From contig NW_002060946.1 in assembly GCF_000150275.1 (NCBI RefSeq), forward strand, positions 7,484,829 to 7,548,828: 64,000 nt of DNA. The letters run 5' to 3'. A model generated the notes under the pieces. The model saw nothing but the letters and a program-made list of their open reading frames with translations, did no database searches and was not told the DNA's origin. The position numbers and the translations under genes were made by a program. Below are positions 38,741-51,806 of the stretch, in pieces. The DNA is from Trichoplax adhaerens (lineage: Eukaryota > Animalia > Placozoa). Within the stretch, counting starts at the first letter, position 1; each line of letters starts with the position of its first letter.

Positions 38741-39870
38741 CAGTAGCATATTTCTGAATTCTTATTCAGCAAATTTAAGTAATTAGGATAATTTATGACC
38801 TTGTATTTCTTATTCAAGTTTCTTCTAAACTTATTAAGTAAAGAAAATAACGAAATATAGCAATCTTCTATATGTGGATATAGGATCATGCCGACAAATT
38901 TTTTCCTGGTTAACAATAAATAGTGGTAAATATAAAAAAAAGATTTCCGAAAATTCTCGTACATAGTATTACTATGTAGTACGATACCGAATCCGATATT
39001 TGTACAAACTCATATTTACCAAAGTAATAAATACAAATATATAAATTTCGTACTTCGATCGGAGTAATAATGTTATTTCAGAAAATAATTATCCTAGTCA
39101 ATATAGAATTTAAAAACGGCTTTATTTACAGAGCTTAAAAATAGTAAAGCAATAATTGCCGTGATCAATTAATGATAAGAAACTAATCCAAAGTATCCCG
39201 AGCTAAGAGAAGGGAAGTCTAGTGCACTCCAGCTCATCTCTGCAGTTCTTAAATACATTTCGTTTTAATCTATTTACTTTACTGCCTACAGTTAGACCTG
39301 AATCATCAGACAGAAGGCTTTTTTCTCAAATAGATCATCATTATAGTTTTTCAGTACGAGTCATTTTGCTTAAAATATCAAAACTCTTCCGTTAATATCT
39401 AATACTATAAGGTGTTAAGCATTTTCGAGTTACATTAATCTGATTACCATACTTAACCAAGTTCTAGACATTAGTATTAATCAACGATTTTTAATATTAT
39501 AATTAACAACCATCTAATATCACATCATGATAATATCTATTTTTAGAAGTCTAACTATTCATATCTCAAATATAGATATCAATACAATCAAACATAGGGT
39601 GTATTACTACAGTCGGCTATTAAATAGTAACTATAATGAGAATACAAGCCATACCGGGTAATTTTACTAGCTACAGAAGTTAATAAAGGTCACTAAATAT
39701 CTTACACATTACCAAGGTTAATGAAAAACAAACTGACCATTTAAAGACAATAGTAAAAGGCAATTGTTATTATTTAAACAGAAAATAGCCTTAATTAAAT
39801 ATTTTGCTGCAATCAATTACTATATAATTGAACTACATCTTTCGCCAAGTCACTTCTTCAATCTTGCAAT

Positions 39871-40818
39871 ATGGATATGAATAACACTACTGATCTTATT
39901 GATGTTAATTTTATGATACAGTCGATTTCTATCCTGGGTATAGTTGGTAATTTGGCTCTACTAAGTATTATTATTTTCTCCAAAAGATTAAAAGATCCGT
40001 CGTATATTTTTGTCCTCAACATTTCAGCTTCGGATCTTATCACCGCGATTCAAGTACTGATAATATTCTCGTTTTCTAATAGGAATTCTCCACAGCTCTT
40101 AAATACTAGCAATATTATTTGTAAAGTATTTTACACTATATTTTCTGCATCTTATATTGCTTCAACATTAAGTTTAATGTTAATAAGCTTATATAGATTG
40201 AAAATTGTGAGTGATCCTCATCGATTCAAGCATACGTCAATTATTTATAAGCATAGCGCTAAGTTTGCTATAACAGTATGGATTACGAGTTTATTACTAG
40301 CATTACCCACTTATTTTGCATTGCATTTCTCTCCAATTACTGATAGCTGTGATATATATCATCCGTATGGAAATATTTTCAATAGTATTTTCCTCACAAG
40401 TACATTAGTAATTGCTTATATTATCCCAGGAATAATCATGTTTGTAAATTATGCTCGAATAGCATTTATAATGGGAGCTCGAATTTTTCCGCTAATAAAT
40501 AATACCGAACTAAGTACAGCATCATGGAAACGTTCTAAAAGTATTTTTAATCTTTTAGCTGCTGCTACGGCTTTGTATATGTTACTTTCATGGCCATTTA
40601 TTTCATCTTTAATGATATTATCTTTCGCTAACGAAACTCAATCTAACCTAATTGAACACAATCCTGATATAGCGTTTGCTGTTACGTCCGCTTTCACAGC
40701 TTCGAACTTAGTATATGTTATTAATCCATTTCTATTCTTGATATTTGATACAAATGTAAGATCTAGTATTAACAAAGTCTGGGGACAATGTCTGCATAAA
40801 TTTACAAATCATGCCTGA
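39871..40818 (+). CDS. Intronless class A orphan GPCR, 315 aa
   Basis: 7TM; ASD, SLYRL, SWP, NPFLF motifs; close paralog of 25446. Confidence 0.93.
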   Translation: MDMNNTTDLIDVNFMIQSISILGIVGNLALLSIIIFSKRLKDPSYIFVLNISASDLITAIQVLIIFSFSNRNSPQLLNTSNIICKVFYTIFSASYIASTLSLMLISLYRLKIVSDPHRFKHTSIIYKHSAKFAITVWITSLLLALPTYFALHFSPITDSCDIYHPYGNIFNSIFLTSTLVIAYIIPGIIMFVNYARIAFIMGARIFPLINNTELSTASWKRSKSIFNLLAAATALYMLLSWPFISSLMILSFANETQSNLIEHNPDIAFAVTSAFTASNLVYVINPFLFLIFDTNVRSSINKVWGQCLHKFTNHA

Positions 40819-42418
40819 TAATGTTAACAGAAATAAAGATGATATGATATCTAATTTTATCATGAGAGTTAAATTTTAGAAATAGTCTTTTAACACTATG
40901 ATATATTTCTTATTCGAGGAAATGAATGTGAATTCATACTCGTTGAATTAAAAAAAACGAATATACGTAAATATTGTTAATTTTTAAATAGGTTGAACTT
41001 GTTCGGTCTTATAGATATATATTAGTTAAAGACTTTCATTTTATTTTCAGTATTCTTGCATAAAACGAGTTTAAAATTTAAAGATTGATTTATGTTAACG
41101 AATTATGAAATTCAAGGAATATAAAAGTTGAACGAAAAGTTTAATTAACTCACAGACTTTATACCAGGTACTTATAACAGCCATTGGCTACTTACCGTAC
41201 AAGGACAATTTAATAGTACAAACAGACCGCATAATTTTCTAGTTTTAGAAAATAAAACCAGAAAACAAAGGAATCTTATAAAATAAACCTTTAATTCGTT
41301 TTCTTTACATTGAAAATTGTTAAAAGGATAAAGCGTCGACGTTGCTCAATCCAATGACATTATATTAATTATAGATCATTGCAGCACGTTATTTAAATTA
41401 AAGTAAAACCAATTTCTTTCGGTTACACAAAAATATTTTGTACCGATTCAAAATTATAGATCCATAACTCAAAATTAGCTAATCCAGGCATCGGTTACTT
41501 TATAGCATCTTATGCATAACATATGTAACAATATAACATAGGTTAAGGCTAATGTCAGAAATTGGTCCATACGCGTAAATATCGGACATTGGCCGTAACA
41601 TATATAAATGTGAATTGTGTAATAACTAATTAGAAGATTCTCTAAGTCATTACATTCTAAAAATAGGTTGCATTAAGTTAAAGCTGCTAATGAATTGACT
41701 TCTATTCCGTAATATTATGGCCTCGTCAGAATCTCTGGCTAATCTTATATTTGAGATTTCTAACAAAAGTCAAAAATTTCTATGTCTTTACTATACGTCA
41801 AATTCCCGTCAGAAAGCTTTATAACCATTTAAGCTATACTTCTAAATCATGTGCTATGAAAGGATAATCGCAGGAAATAAAAGACAGCCAAAGAAATGAA
41901 ATTATTATTAATATCTAATGCTGTATGAATATCGATCTTAACGCTAAAAACAAACCTTTCATTTATAGCCAATCTTACTAGTTTTAAAAACTATATGTGA
42001 TACATTAACACTTAGGAAAATCTAAAATACTTATACCTTGAAATCATTTTTTAACTAAAACATGCGGTTAAATTTGAAAATAAGAAATTCTAATACCCAA
42101 TTCTATAAACTACCAAAATTGTGTTGCTAAGCACCCTCAAAGGATTTAAGTCATATTAAAAGTAAATTCAAGAATTTTAGTCTGTTTTCGGAACGAGAAG
42201 TATATTAGTGTATTAAAGGGTGTAGAGCATATTAATAATGTAATAGAGAATCCGTTAATTTCGTTATAATATCACTTCTGCGCAAATAACAGTTTCGCCT
42301 CTAAATAAGGGGAAGTATTATATTACGCTTATTTATTGTAATTTATATTTTAATATTAAAAATTTAGTACTCATAAATATTCATACCCTATATTTTCCCC
42401 GGTACTCCTATGGTCATG

Positions 42419-42970
42419 TGTTACAGTGTTGCGTTGTCATTAGGATAGTTTAATAAGTACTGTAGTAGCTAGTATGTAGAATATCCATATTTGTAGTGCT
42501 AGGTAAGATAAGTAATCCCTTAACGTGGATGTTGTTTGTAATAGTTCATTACATATTTGATATTGATTGTTATTGTGTAATAGACAGCAGTAAGATGATT
42601 CAAGTTCTAGTTGATGATAGTTGAATTAGACTACCTACGAGCTTAGATTAAGATTAAGTATGAGTAAGAGATTCAAAATATTTACTGATAGAAAAGCTAT
42701 GTAAGGAATATCTCAGTTCGAGATGTTTCTCCTAGTAAGGTATAATAATAATACTGTTGTTGCTTACAAATTAGACGGTTCCTATATAAACGGGAACATT
42801 TGAGTTGAGTGGTGTGGTAAAAAGTTGTAGATGTATCTTTGCTAATAAAAGTTTCATCTTTACAGTCTTTCGCTGTGTGTGTTTAACGTTATGTGAATGG
42901 GTGTTAAAGTCAGCAGCTACTTATAGACTTTTACTGTACGTTACTTTGTCGCAGAAGTGAAATTGTGACA
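42419..42970 (+). mobile_element. Solo-LTR-like element (552 bp)
   Basis: TGTTACA...GTGACA; perfect TSD TCATG; empty paralogous site at about 28240; TATATAAA at 42783 and AATAAA at 42844. Confidence 0.88.
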
Positions 42971-44074
42971 TCATGAAACATTAATGTAACTTTATATTTT
43001 GATTTATTTTCGACTCAGTGTCGCGATCGATGTAGTGATAAAAGAATATAGAGGAATGCAGTTATACTAGAATCTATGCCAATCTAGCAAGTCACTTTTT
43101 TACCTACTAGTAATTCGAACTACTTCAGACTTCAAAGGCTTGATTTTGTACTGAAGTGCGGTTAATTTTGCTTTTCCAGGTTATGAATCTAACTGTTATC
43201 CTCGTAAAAATAACTTTCTGCACGTGGTGTACAGTTATTTATTGGTTAGTAAACTTTGTATCAAATTTATCTCCCCAAATTGTTTATGTTTGAGCTTTAT
43301 AACAAAAGTGAAAATAATTTTCTTTTCGCTCTAGTTATATTTAGCAAAATGGACATCAGACCTAGCTATCATACAATATTATTATTGCTTAAAGAAATAG
43401 TTGCTCCAATATAGCGCCTTATCGTGGGAAAATCTTCACTGCTACATTCATACACATTTTAAATTATCATCAAGCCATTATTAAGTATTCAGCTCTCAAT
43501 ACTGTTTTAAAGCAAACCACAATGACAACCATAATAGGTGTTGAAGATTTACTATATATCGTACCGTTCTGTAGTATACGTTAAAATTTCTTTTTAAACA
43601 AATATTTCAAGTATTTTATATCCTTTACCAGATAACATATAAAATTTCATATAATCTTAGGAAATAACAACTATGTAATTAGTTAAAGCTACATTCAACT
43701 GTACAGTATGTTATACGTGCATTTACTTAACTAGAGTTACTTTAATTATAATTGATAACAAAAAATCTGATCATTAAAATAGTAATCACATGTTTTCCTA
43801 GGCTCTAATATATATTATCGTTTAGACTGTAATAATAGCTTATAATAATGGCGAAAAGCACGTTAGCGATTTTAAATTATAACTGCAGGTACCAATAAAT
43901 TAAATTATCTAGAAGAAGATCTTTTAAGTTAATTAAAATCGAAATTTATAATAAGGCCTGATTAAATTATTACGAAGTGTAGGACCAGATCAAACTGCAC
44001 TGCATGGATATTTAGATTTAAAATATTCTATAGCCTTGTTACAGTACCGTCAACTGGATAATCAAAGTGATCAG

Positions 44075-44509
44075 TGTCACGGTACGAACTACCGTGAAGA
44101 AATAGCTATCTAAATTTGGTTAATATAGTATAGTGATATTATATTACAACTAGTTACTTACAATAGGAATTACTCTAATTATAAATGTGTTACAGTAAAT
44201 TTATTGCTGTGCTGTAATATGTGCTGAAATGATTCTGTGAATGGACATATTGTAGTCCGACTGTGAAAAACTAGTTAGTAGATGTTCTCACCCAAGTGTT
44301 ATTATAAGATGACTTGTGAATGTTAGCTGCTGTAGAAGGGTATATAAACCCGTCAGATAGTTGAATAAAGCAGTTCTCAATTGTATAGTTGTTTTAACGT
44401 AGAATCAAAGGCGTCTAAATTCTTGTAAGTAGGGATACTGAATCCCGGAGACTATAGTAATTTAGAGATTTGTTTTACGTTATACTTGTCACGAAGTTGG
44501 TTTGTGACA
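44075..44509 (+). mobile_element. Solo-LTR-like element (435 bp)
   Basis: TGTCAC...GTGACA; perfect TSD ATCAG; empty site GCGATCAGATATC at about 29251; TATATAAA at 44341 and AATAAA at 44364. Confidence 0.9.
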
Positions 44510-45809
44510 ATCAGATATCTCTTTAAGAAATTAAAACTTTTTCGAAGTCTCCGTTGTTTTCCTAGTCTGATAAAGTGATCTTCGAAACAATAAATCAAGA
44601 ACTACAGTTTCTTGCAAATTTCACTTTATTACAGAAGTTAGGTTCGTCTAACTACCAATAGTGAAATATTTTTACTTCGAATCGAGAACGTTTTCTGTAG
44701 AATCTTTAAATCGTCTTCGTCTCTTGAATTTCACAGGAATTGACGATCGCAATGCATTGCTACATTCGACATGATTTTGATTGCTATTAATACGGTTTAT
44801 ATGCGAGTATCTTAAAACAAAATTTTACGTGATGCAAAAGAAAAATCGTTATGCGTAAACCTGCTTAAGAAAATTTTGCATTTAGACTCTTGCTTGATTT
44901 ATTGTGTAGCAGGCTACGTAATTAAGTTATTTTCGCATGCTTGCTAGCAGTAATTTCCTTAGTCATCATCTTCATGGATTCAGTATTCTAATTAATTATC
45001 CGTTTAACCGGAAACTAACATACTTCTTCGCAATAATTGCGTTAGCCTGATGCTATACCACGAGCGAACTACTCCAGTTTATAATAAGCCTAGAGGGAGT
45101 CTTCAGTTGGTACGTTATAACATTAGAAAAAAATATGCGACTAATTTAATTTTTTATAAGTAACAATACCAATCATACTAGTGCTATAGCTCTTAATCTA
45201 GTCCAAATAAAAGTCGAAATTAAATTGCTCTTGATAATAGACGCTCATTTTACAATATAATGGTCATTATTAACGATGAGTGGATATCATTTTTCTATTA
45301 AAACTTTTGATGAAAATTTTTGAAGAAAGAAGCCGTACAATTTTTCAGTAAACCGACGTCAACACGGGGAATCTACCTTTGTTTATTAATCTTATTCCTT
45401 TTCGCTACTTCTTCCTTTTTTCTCTTATTAATGATGCAAGTCTAAGCCAATTTTACGCTTGCTAAATTAATAATCTTAGGATAATGAATTCAATTGCTGG
45501 ATATTTAGTATTTACTATGTAGAAATAAGACCAGAATATCAGCAGCCCCTAAAACTGTAATTGACGAAATTTGATAAATAAAAGTTCACCCGATATATGA
45601 CATATTAACAAAACTAATCATTCTCGCTGTTCAAGTTTGTAATTCTTAATTTCTTATCAAGTTTTGTAAAAACTCCTACTTTCAATTACTTCAGCCTTGG
45701 TAATCAAAAAATACAATTCCTAAACTACTAAGTTGTTTAATTTGAACAATTTCATATGCTAATGGAATAAAGTAAGCAAGATTTGACTTAACAACATACA
45801 GCACTAATC

Positions 45810-46642
45810 ATGGCTAGTAATGGTTCGATAGAAGATAATGACTTTCCAATTCGAAATTTTATGGTTTTATGGATGTCCATTACTGGTGTTATTTGCAATA
45901 CAGTTTTACTAATTGCCGTTCTATCGTTTAGAAATCAACAAGAACAGTATTATGGGTTTGTTATGAACGTAATCATATCGGATTTAATAACTTCAATCCA
46001 GGTGACAGTCCTTTCTATATCTACTATTTCGTACATTCGTAATGAAGTAATGAACAACTCACTTAACTTAATCTGTAAAATATTTTTAACTGTTTCTTAT
46101 TTATCAATTACAGCCTCATCATTCAGCTTTGCATTAGTCAGCGTTTATCGAATGAAAATGATTAGTGAACCTGCTAATTTTCGATGTAATTCATTTATAT
46201 GCAGATACTGTTCACTATTGAAAGTTTTAACATGGCTAATTAGCATTTTACTTTCGATACCATCATATTTTATCGTAACGTACAACGATGAAAATATTCA
46301 GCAATGTGACATATATTACCCATTTGGACAAGCAGTTATGCAAGCCATACTCAAGATACTGTATTGTCGTGGAATAGATCAAACGGAGCGACTAGATTCT
46401 TTGCTTTTACTACATTTCTCTACATGATACTTTCATGGCCATTTTTGACTGGATTAGCAGTCTTATCGATAATAAACCAATCGCTAGATACTGTATTTAT
46501 CCAATTTTCACTGACAAAATGGATAACTGCAATAGTAGTTATGCTGACTATTTCAATTTGCAGTATTAATCCAATTTTATTTATGTGTTTCGACAAGAAC
46601 GTAAAGTCTTATTTCAGCAAGCTATATTACCTAATTAGGTAA
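45810..46642 (+). pseudogene. GPCR pseudogene with an internal deletion of TM5 and a frameshift
   Basis: Intact TM1-ECL2 up to CDIYYPFG (about 46329), then a direct out-of-frame jump to ICL3/TM6-7 (WNRSNGATRFFAFTTFLYMILSWP...NPILF.FDKNV). Confidence 0.8.
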
Positions 46643-47202
46643 TCATAGAATACATTAAAGATTTAAAATAATCGAACATATACCCTACTTAATAGCTAAG
46701 GAATGCAATTATAATTAGCAAAGGGCTAAAGACATTGAATTAATCGTATAGTATAAACTTACCTAACTTACATGCTGCGTTTTAATAAGTAAATAAGTAC
46801 AAAATGCATTTTTGAATGCAAAACGTATCAAAACAAACGATAATATAGTGGAGGTGTCTTATTTTAATTCTTTTCCTTATAGATGCGGAAAGTGGTTTAC
46901 GACTTAAGCATCTCAAAATTTACTAGTATTGGAATTATTTAACAAATTCAGCCAACTAATTGGTACTGGATTTATTTCCTTCTTTGCTTATTAAAGATAG
47001 AAAAGCAATAACAGGCTTCAATGCAGATAATCTTGACTGATATTTTATTCAAGAATACATACAAGATAGCACCATTTGTAGTATTCACCATATGTCTCTT
47101 AAGATTGTATAATGAAATGTAACATATATCTATTATCGCCTACCAATAACTAATAATCTTTTAAAAAATAAACTTGAAAAACAGTGTTTTATATTGTATC
47201 GT

Positions 47203-47393
47203 TGTCACAAACCAGCTTCGTGACTGAGATAACATAAAACAAATCTCGAAATTACTATAGTCTCCGGGATTCAGTATCCCTTAACTACCTCACAAGAATT
47301 TAGACGCCTTTGCTTCTACGTTAAAACCACCATAAAACTCTACTTTTATTCAGCCACCTACCGAGCTTAAATACCCTTCGGCAGCAGCTATCA
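47203..47393 (-). mobile_element. Truncated inverted copy of the 3' part of the 44075 element
   Basis: Reverse-complement similarity to about 44320-44509, starting TGTCACAAACCAGCTTCGTGAC. Confidence 0.8.
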
Positions 47394-47918
47394 TGTATGA
47401 GTCATAACAGTTTATGAAATTTAGCTCATATTGAATTAAAATGTCTTCTGTAAACGTGACGAACTCCATATTCTGTACTGTGTGAATGATAAGATTTTAA
47501 TAGCAAAATTTGCTTATAATTAAACTACAAATGACTTTAACGGAAAATAAAAAATGAAATTAACTGAATGAAAGCTTTAAACGGTATAATATGGTTGCTT
47601 GATCACCGGAATAATGTATCAATTTCAATAGATACTAGAATATGATAGCTTTATATAAATGTTATAGTTCTGTAGCGTAAGGCTGATACTACATTATTAA
47701 CTAAAATTTTATTGAAGTGTACAACTTAATTTTTGAAATCGTATTAGATTACAACTTTAAATTAGCGAATTGTATCAAACTGTAACTTTACATTAGCAAT
47801 GTATTAATTAATTAATCTAATAGTGATATTTGTGTAAAAATCATTCGGAAAAGGAATCTTGAACTTCATTTGGATGGATATAGGACTCAATTTTCATTTC
47901 GATACATCAGTAATTCTA

Positions 47919-47968
47919 NNNNNNNNNNNNNNNNNNNNNNNNNNNNNNNNNNNNNNNNNNNNNNNNNN
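47919..47968. other. Assembly gap (50 N)
   Basis: Run of N. Confidence 1.
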
Positions 47969-48299
47969 TACTTATCATAGTTAGACTTATAATTGATGTA
48001 TTAGTCGATATTATAGAAATTCCATAAGAAAGCTTACAGAGGATATTCCCTGTTAGACTAGATATCGAATTATTGGGTTGCACTATAAATGACAGTATAT
48101 AATACTCAAAGGATGTAATAATATCAGATATCGACACATTAATGACGAAGGTATAAGATCTTTCTTGCAGATTTTTAGAAGTTGCAATAATAGCTATCAA
48201 AATTGAGTTACTGATGAAGATTATCAAACAAAGGCAACCTTCTATTATCGATAAATAGAGAGTTTGCTTTCCATCAAAACTTGTAGTATTATTTGACAT
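47969..48299 (-). CDS. Class A GPCR, 5' part only (open through TM3, cut by the gap)
   Basis: MSNNTTSFDGK...ISD...LCKLSYG...LTMIS is uninterrupted up to the Ns. Confidence 0.75.
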
Positions 48300-49492
48300 A
48301 CCGGCTAATTTCGCAAGGCAGCCTTTGAAATAGCTATAGCAAGTCGATGTGATATCAAATCAGGCTGATTTGACGCTATATCTGAATTATCGCAATAAGT
48401 AATATCAGTTTTACTCAGGCCAATTACTCAATAATTTAAATATCACAACAAGATTCATGTATTTAAGATTAATACACACTAATGCTGTAGTGTTAACAAA
48501 ATTTATCACTATTCAACTTTTGTTAATAATAATTAAAATTTGGCAGATAGCAGCTGTTACATCTGGTAAGTATGAGAGCATGCTGACGTATTTTCTTTAA
48601 TCGAGTCTTAATGAATTAAGTACTTCAATAGAGACTTTTCTACCGCATATCAAATAGCTTTATATTGTTTCAATTTGTAAATAAGCGCTAGCGCTTTCTG
48701 GAGTGATTTGAATTAACTTCTTGTTACAACATTTACTGTACATTTAGTAGCTTTGTCAGCAGTATCGCAATAAATATAATCAACATTGTTTATCAACCGA
48801 GCGAATGATATCATTAAGTGCAATATTAAATCTATTTAACCATAAATTTATGATAAATCGATTGTCCTGAACAAGTATGGAATATTTAGTAAATCGTAGC
48901 TTATCCTAAAGTGCAAAGATATTTGGTCATCGATGAAATCTCTAGTTCTAAAACTGGTCAGTTTCGTCTTATCTATACATGTATAAAGTCAGCATGCAAT
49001 AAATTATTTCAAATAATACTTTTACCATTTACTAACGATACCGAAAGTAAAGAACTAAATACTATCCTATCATCGATCTATAATATGGAAAATGTGAATG
49101 CATGCCATCAAACTCTAGTAGATAAAATAATTTATATACCACCTTAGTGATTTTTTAAAATGACGGATTTTTAATAAATGCGGTAATAACCCCATATGCT
49201 AATAAAACTTAAACAGATTATGGTAAATATATTAATTTAAATAGCATAACATATAATCATCGAAAGATACGATCAGAAAACGTATGCTTAAATTTTTAGG
49301 ATACTTTAACAATTCATGATAAATCCTAATACCGAAAATTGTTTAAATTGAAATACAATTACAGCTTGATACCTTGAGAATAACATCATAATGTTGCTAT
49401 ATTAAATCTAAGATTAAATTTTCGTATATCTCCAAAGTAAAATGAAGCAGCAGGTCTACAGAATATATTTAAAACAATAGCATCTTTCGAAA

Positions 49493-50440
49493 TTAAACGG
49501 TAAAGCTCCTTTCGATTCGGTAGCATAAGTTTCGTCCAGCAATTTTAATGGTTTTATCAAACATTAAGAATACAACCGGATTAACTAAGAGAGCAGAGAA
49601 TTTTAAGGTAAACGACAACAATAATAGTTTTGTCCAATATGAAATACTAAAGAGGAGATCAGATTGATTTTAATTGAATGCCACCATGATTAAGGTTGAT
49701 ATTGCATACGGTAAAGTTAAAAGTATCTGTGCTACTGCTACTATCACAAATATTCGAATAATACTCCGTGTATGATTAATTGTTGATATATTAGTATGCT
49801 GAGTAGAAATATTATCAGATATTCGAGATGATAAGATAATTACAGTTTGCATGTAATTTCTTAGCGTATCTGTTCCCGGTATTACATATATGAGTAATAG
49901 CGTATAAGAATAGTAAATAGTATTAAAGATATCCCAAAGGGGAACCAATGTCGCAGATTTTTTTTCGATTATTGAAAGTTCCTAAAAGAAATGTAGGAAT
50001 AGCCAATGTAACACTGATAAACAAGGACAGTAAGATAAATCTTTTCGAGTACTTTGAAATTATTGTTGATCGAAATGTTAAAGCAGAAGTAAATAACTTT
50101 AAACGATATATGCTTATCATAGTTAGACTTATAATTGATGTATTAGTTGACACAATGGATGTTCCATAAGATAAACTACAAATGAAGTTAGCAGTTAGAA
50201 TAGATATGAAATTATTGGGCTGTATCACCTATGCTAAAATATAGTATTGCAAGGATGAAATAATATCATATATCGACACATTAATGATGAAGGTATAAGG
50301 TTGATCTTTCAGATTTTTAGAAAATACGATGATAGCTATCAGAATGGCATTACAGACTAATGTTATTTTGCAGCAAAACTTTGTATCAGCGCAAAAATGG
50401 AGTACTGATTACTAGTAAAACTGGTGGTGTTATTCAACAT
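49493..50440 (-). pseudogene. GPCR pseudogene, inverted duplicate of the 9529 gene
   Basis: Full-length homology with TGG to TAG at about 50230, frameshifts, and a premature stop at 49670. Confidence 0.9.
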
Positions 50441-51163
50441 ACCATTAAATTTATTTTATCAAGGTTTTGAATTGTCAGAATATATTGCGTCTAAGTTATC
50501 TTTATATGTAGCATCGTCTTAATTACAATTTAACCTCTAAAAATTTTAGATATTGCAAGTTATGCATTCCTTTTTAATACATTACAGGATGTAATAAAAT
50601 CTGATTTTGCAATTTATTCCAACGAAATTATCATATAAAATAGGACAGGTGTAGCAGCTGGTCATGCTTCAGAGTCAGCTTATCATGCTTAATTGCATAT
50701 TTATCCTTTAACTAGTAATTTTCTTTCATCCGTGTACAAATATTCACTAATTAATTTAAAAGTAAAATTACTGAAAGCTACCTTAGTACTTTTAAAAGCT
50801 TAATCAATATATTAAATAGAAATGTTAGGTTATCTGTTGTTAGACACGAATTTAATGAGTATGCGTACCGCTCGATATTATTACATAAAAGTCTTATAAA
50901 TTTATCTAAATGTCATGTCACCGTACGTTACTTTCTATTAAACTGGCTTTTAACTTAAATGTAGATACTATATACCAGTACCGTAAATGTATCATCGATC
51001 TGTTAGTTGACGAACATCAACCAATAGGCAAGCAAAAGCAGTCATATGGGTGTGTTTGTAATACGGAAAAAATTTTGTACTAAAAACCTCTCTTTGACGG
51101 GAGAGAACTTTAAAATATTTGGCCTTCGTTTATCTAGTATAGCTATTAGTTCCTCTTCACCCT

Positions 51164-51806
51164 TGTTACAGTGTTATACACTGTAATATCGAGATTATAG
51201 TAGAAACATCTATGTTAGGATAATTTTGTTGATTTACCCTAATATGAAGAGTTTCTAATGTAGATATGTGATATTTAAATATAGCATTAGCTTTTATGGT
51301 GATATATACCGCCTGCTGAAATTAGTAGTTTTAGTAGTTTAATTAGGGAATCGAGAAGAATCTTCTTACAATTGAAATCACTGTGATTGTAATTTACTTA
51401 TGCTAGATTGTAGATTATCGTAGAAATGTTCCGTGATAGGACATATTGTAATCTGATAATTTTGTATTAGTCATTCGATGTCTATGTTCGTAAATACTGT
51501 TGTCTTTATTAGGTAGCAGAAGATAAAATTAGCTTTTGATTCATTATCAGCATTTAACACTAATATTACTAACTAGGATGTCTTTGCTATTGTAAAAGAG
51601 TATATAAATACGATAAGTCGTATAATAAAGTTAGTTCTTATGATTCGTGTTTAACGTAAGATACGAGGTGTCTAAGTCTTTTTGTAGTCTACTAGTATAG
51701 GAAAAGTGTTCTTAAAAGAGTAGATACTGTTCCCTGATACGTGGTTCAGAGAATCGACTGATTGATCGTGCATTACGTTATCTTGTTGCAAAGCTATTTT
51801 ATAATA
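51164..51806 (+). mobile_element. Solo-LTR-like element, family A (643 bp), uninterrupted copy
   Basis: TGTTACA...ATAATA (degenerate end); TSD ACCCT/ACCTT; TATATAAA at 51601 and AATAAA at 51624; matches 4288-5938 once the nested inserts are removed. Confidence 0.8.

Noticed and set aside
41519-41600. ~80-bp insertion ending in CCGTAACA relative to the paralog at about 27100
   Set aside because: Probably a remnant of the TGT..ACA family, but there is no clear TSD or left end, so it was not called.
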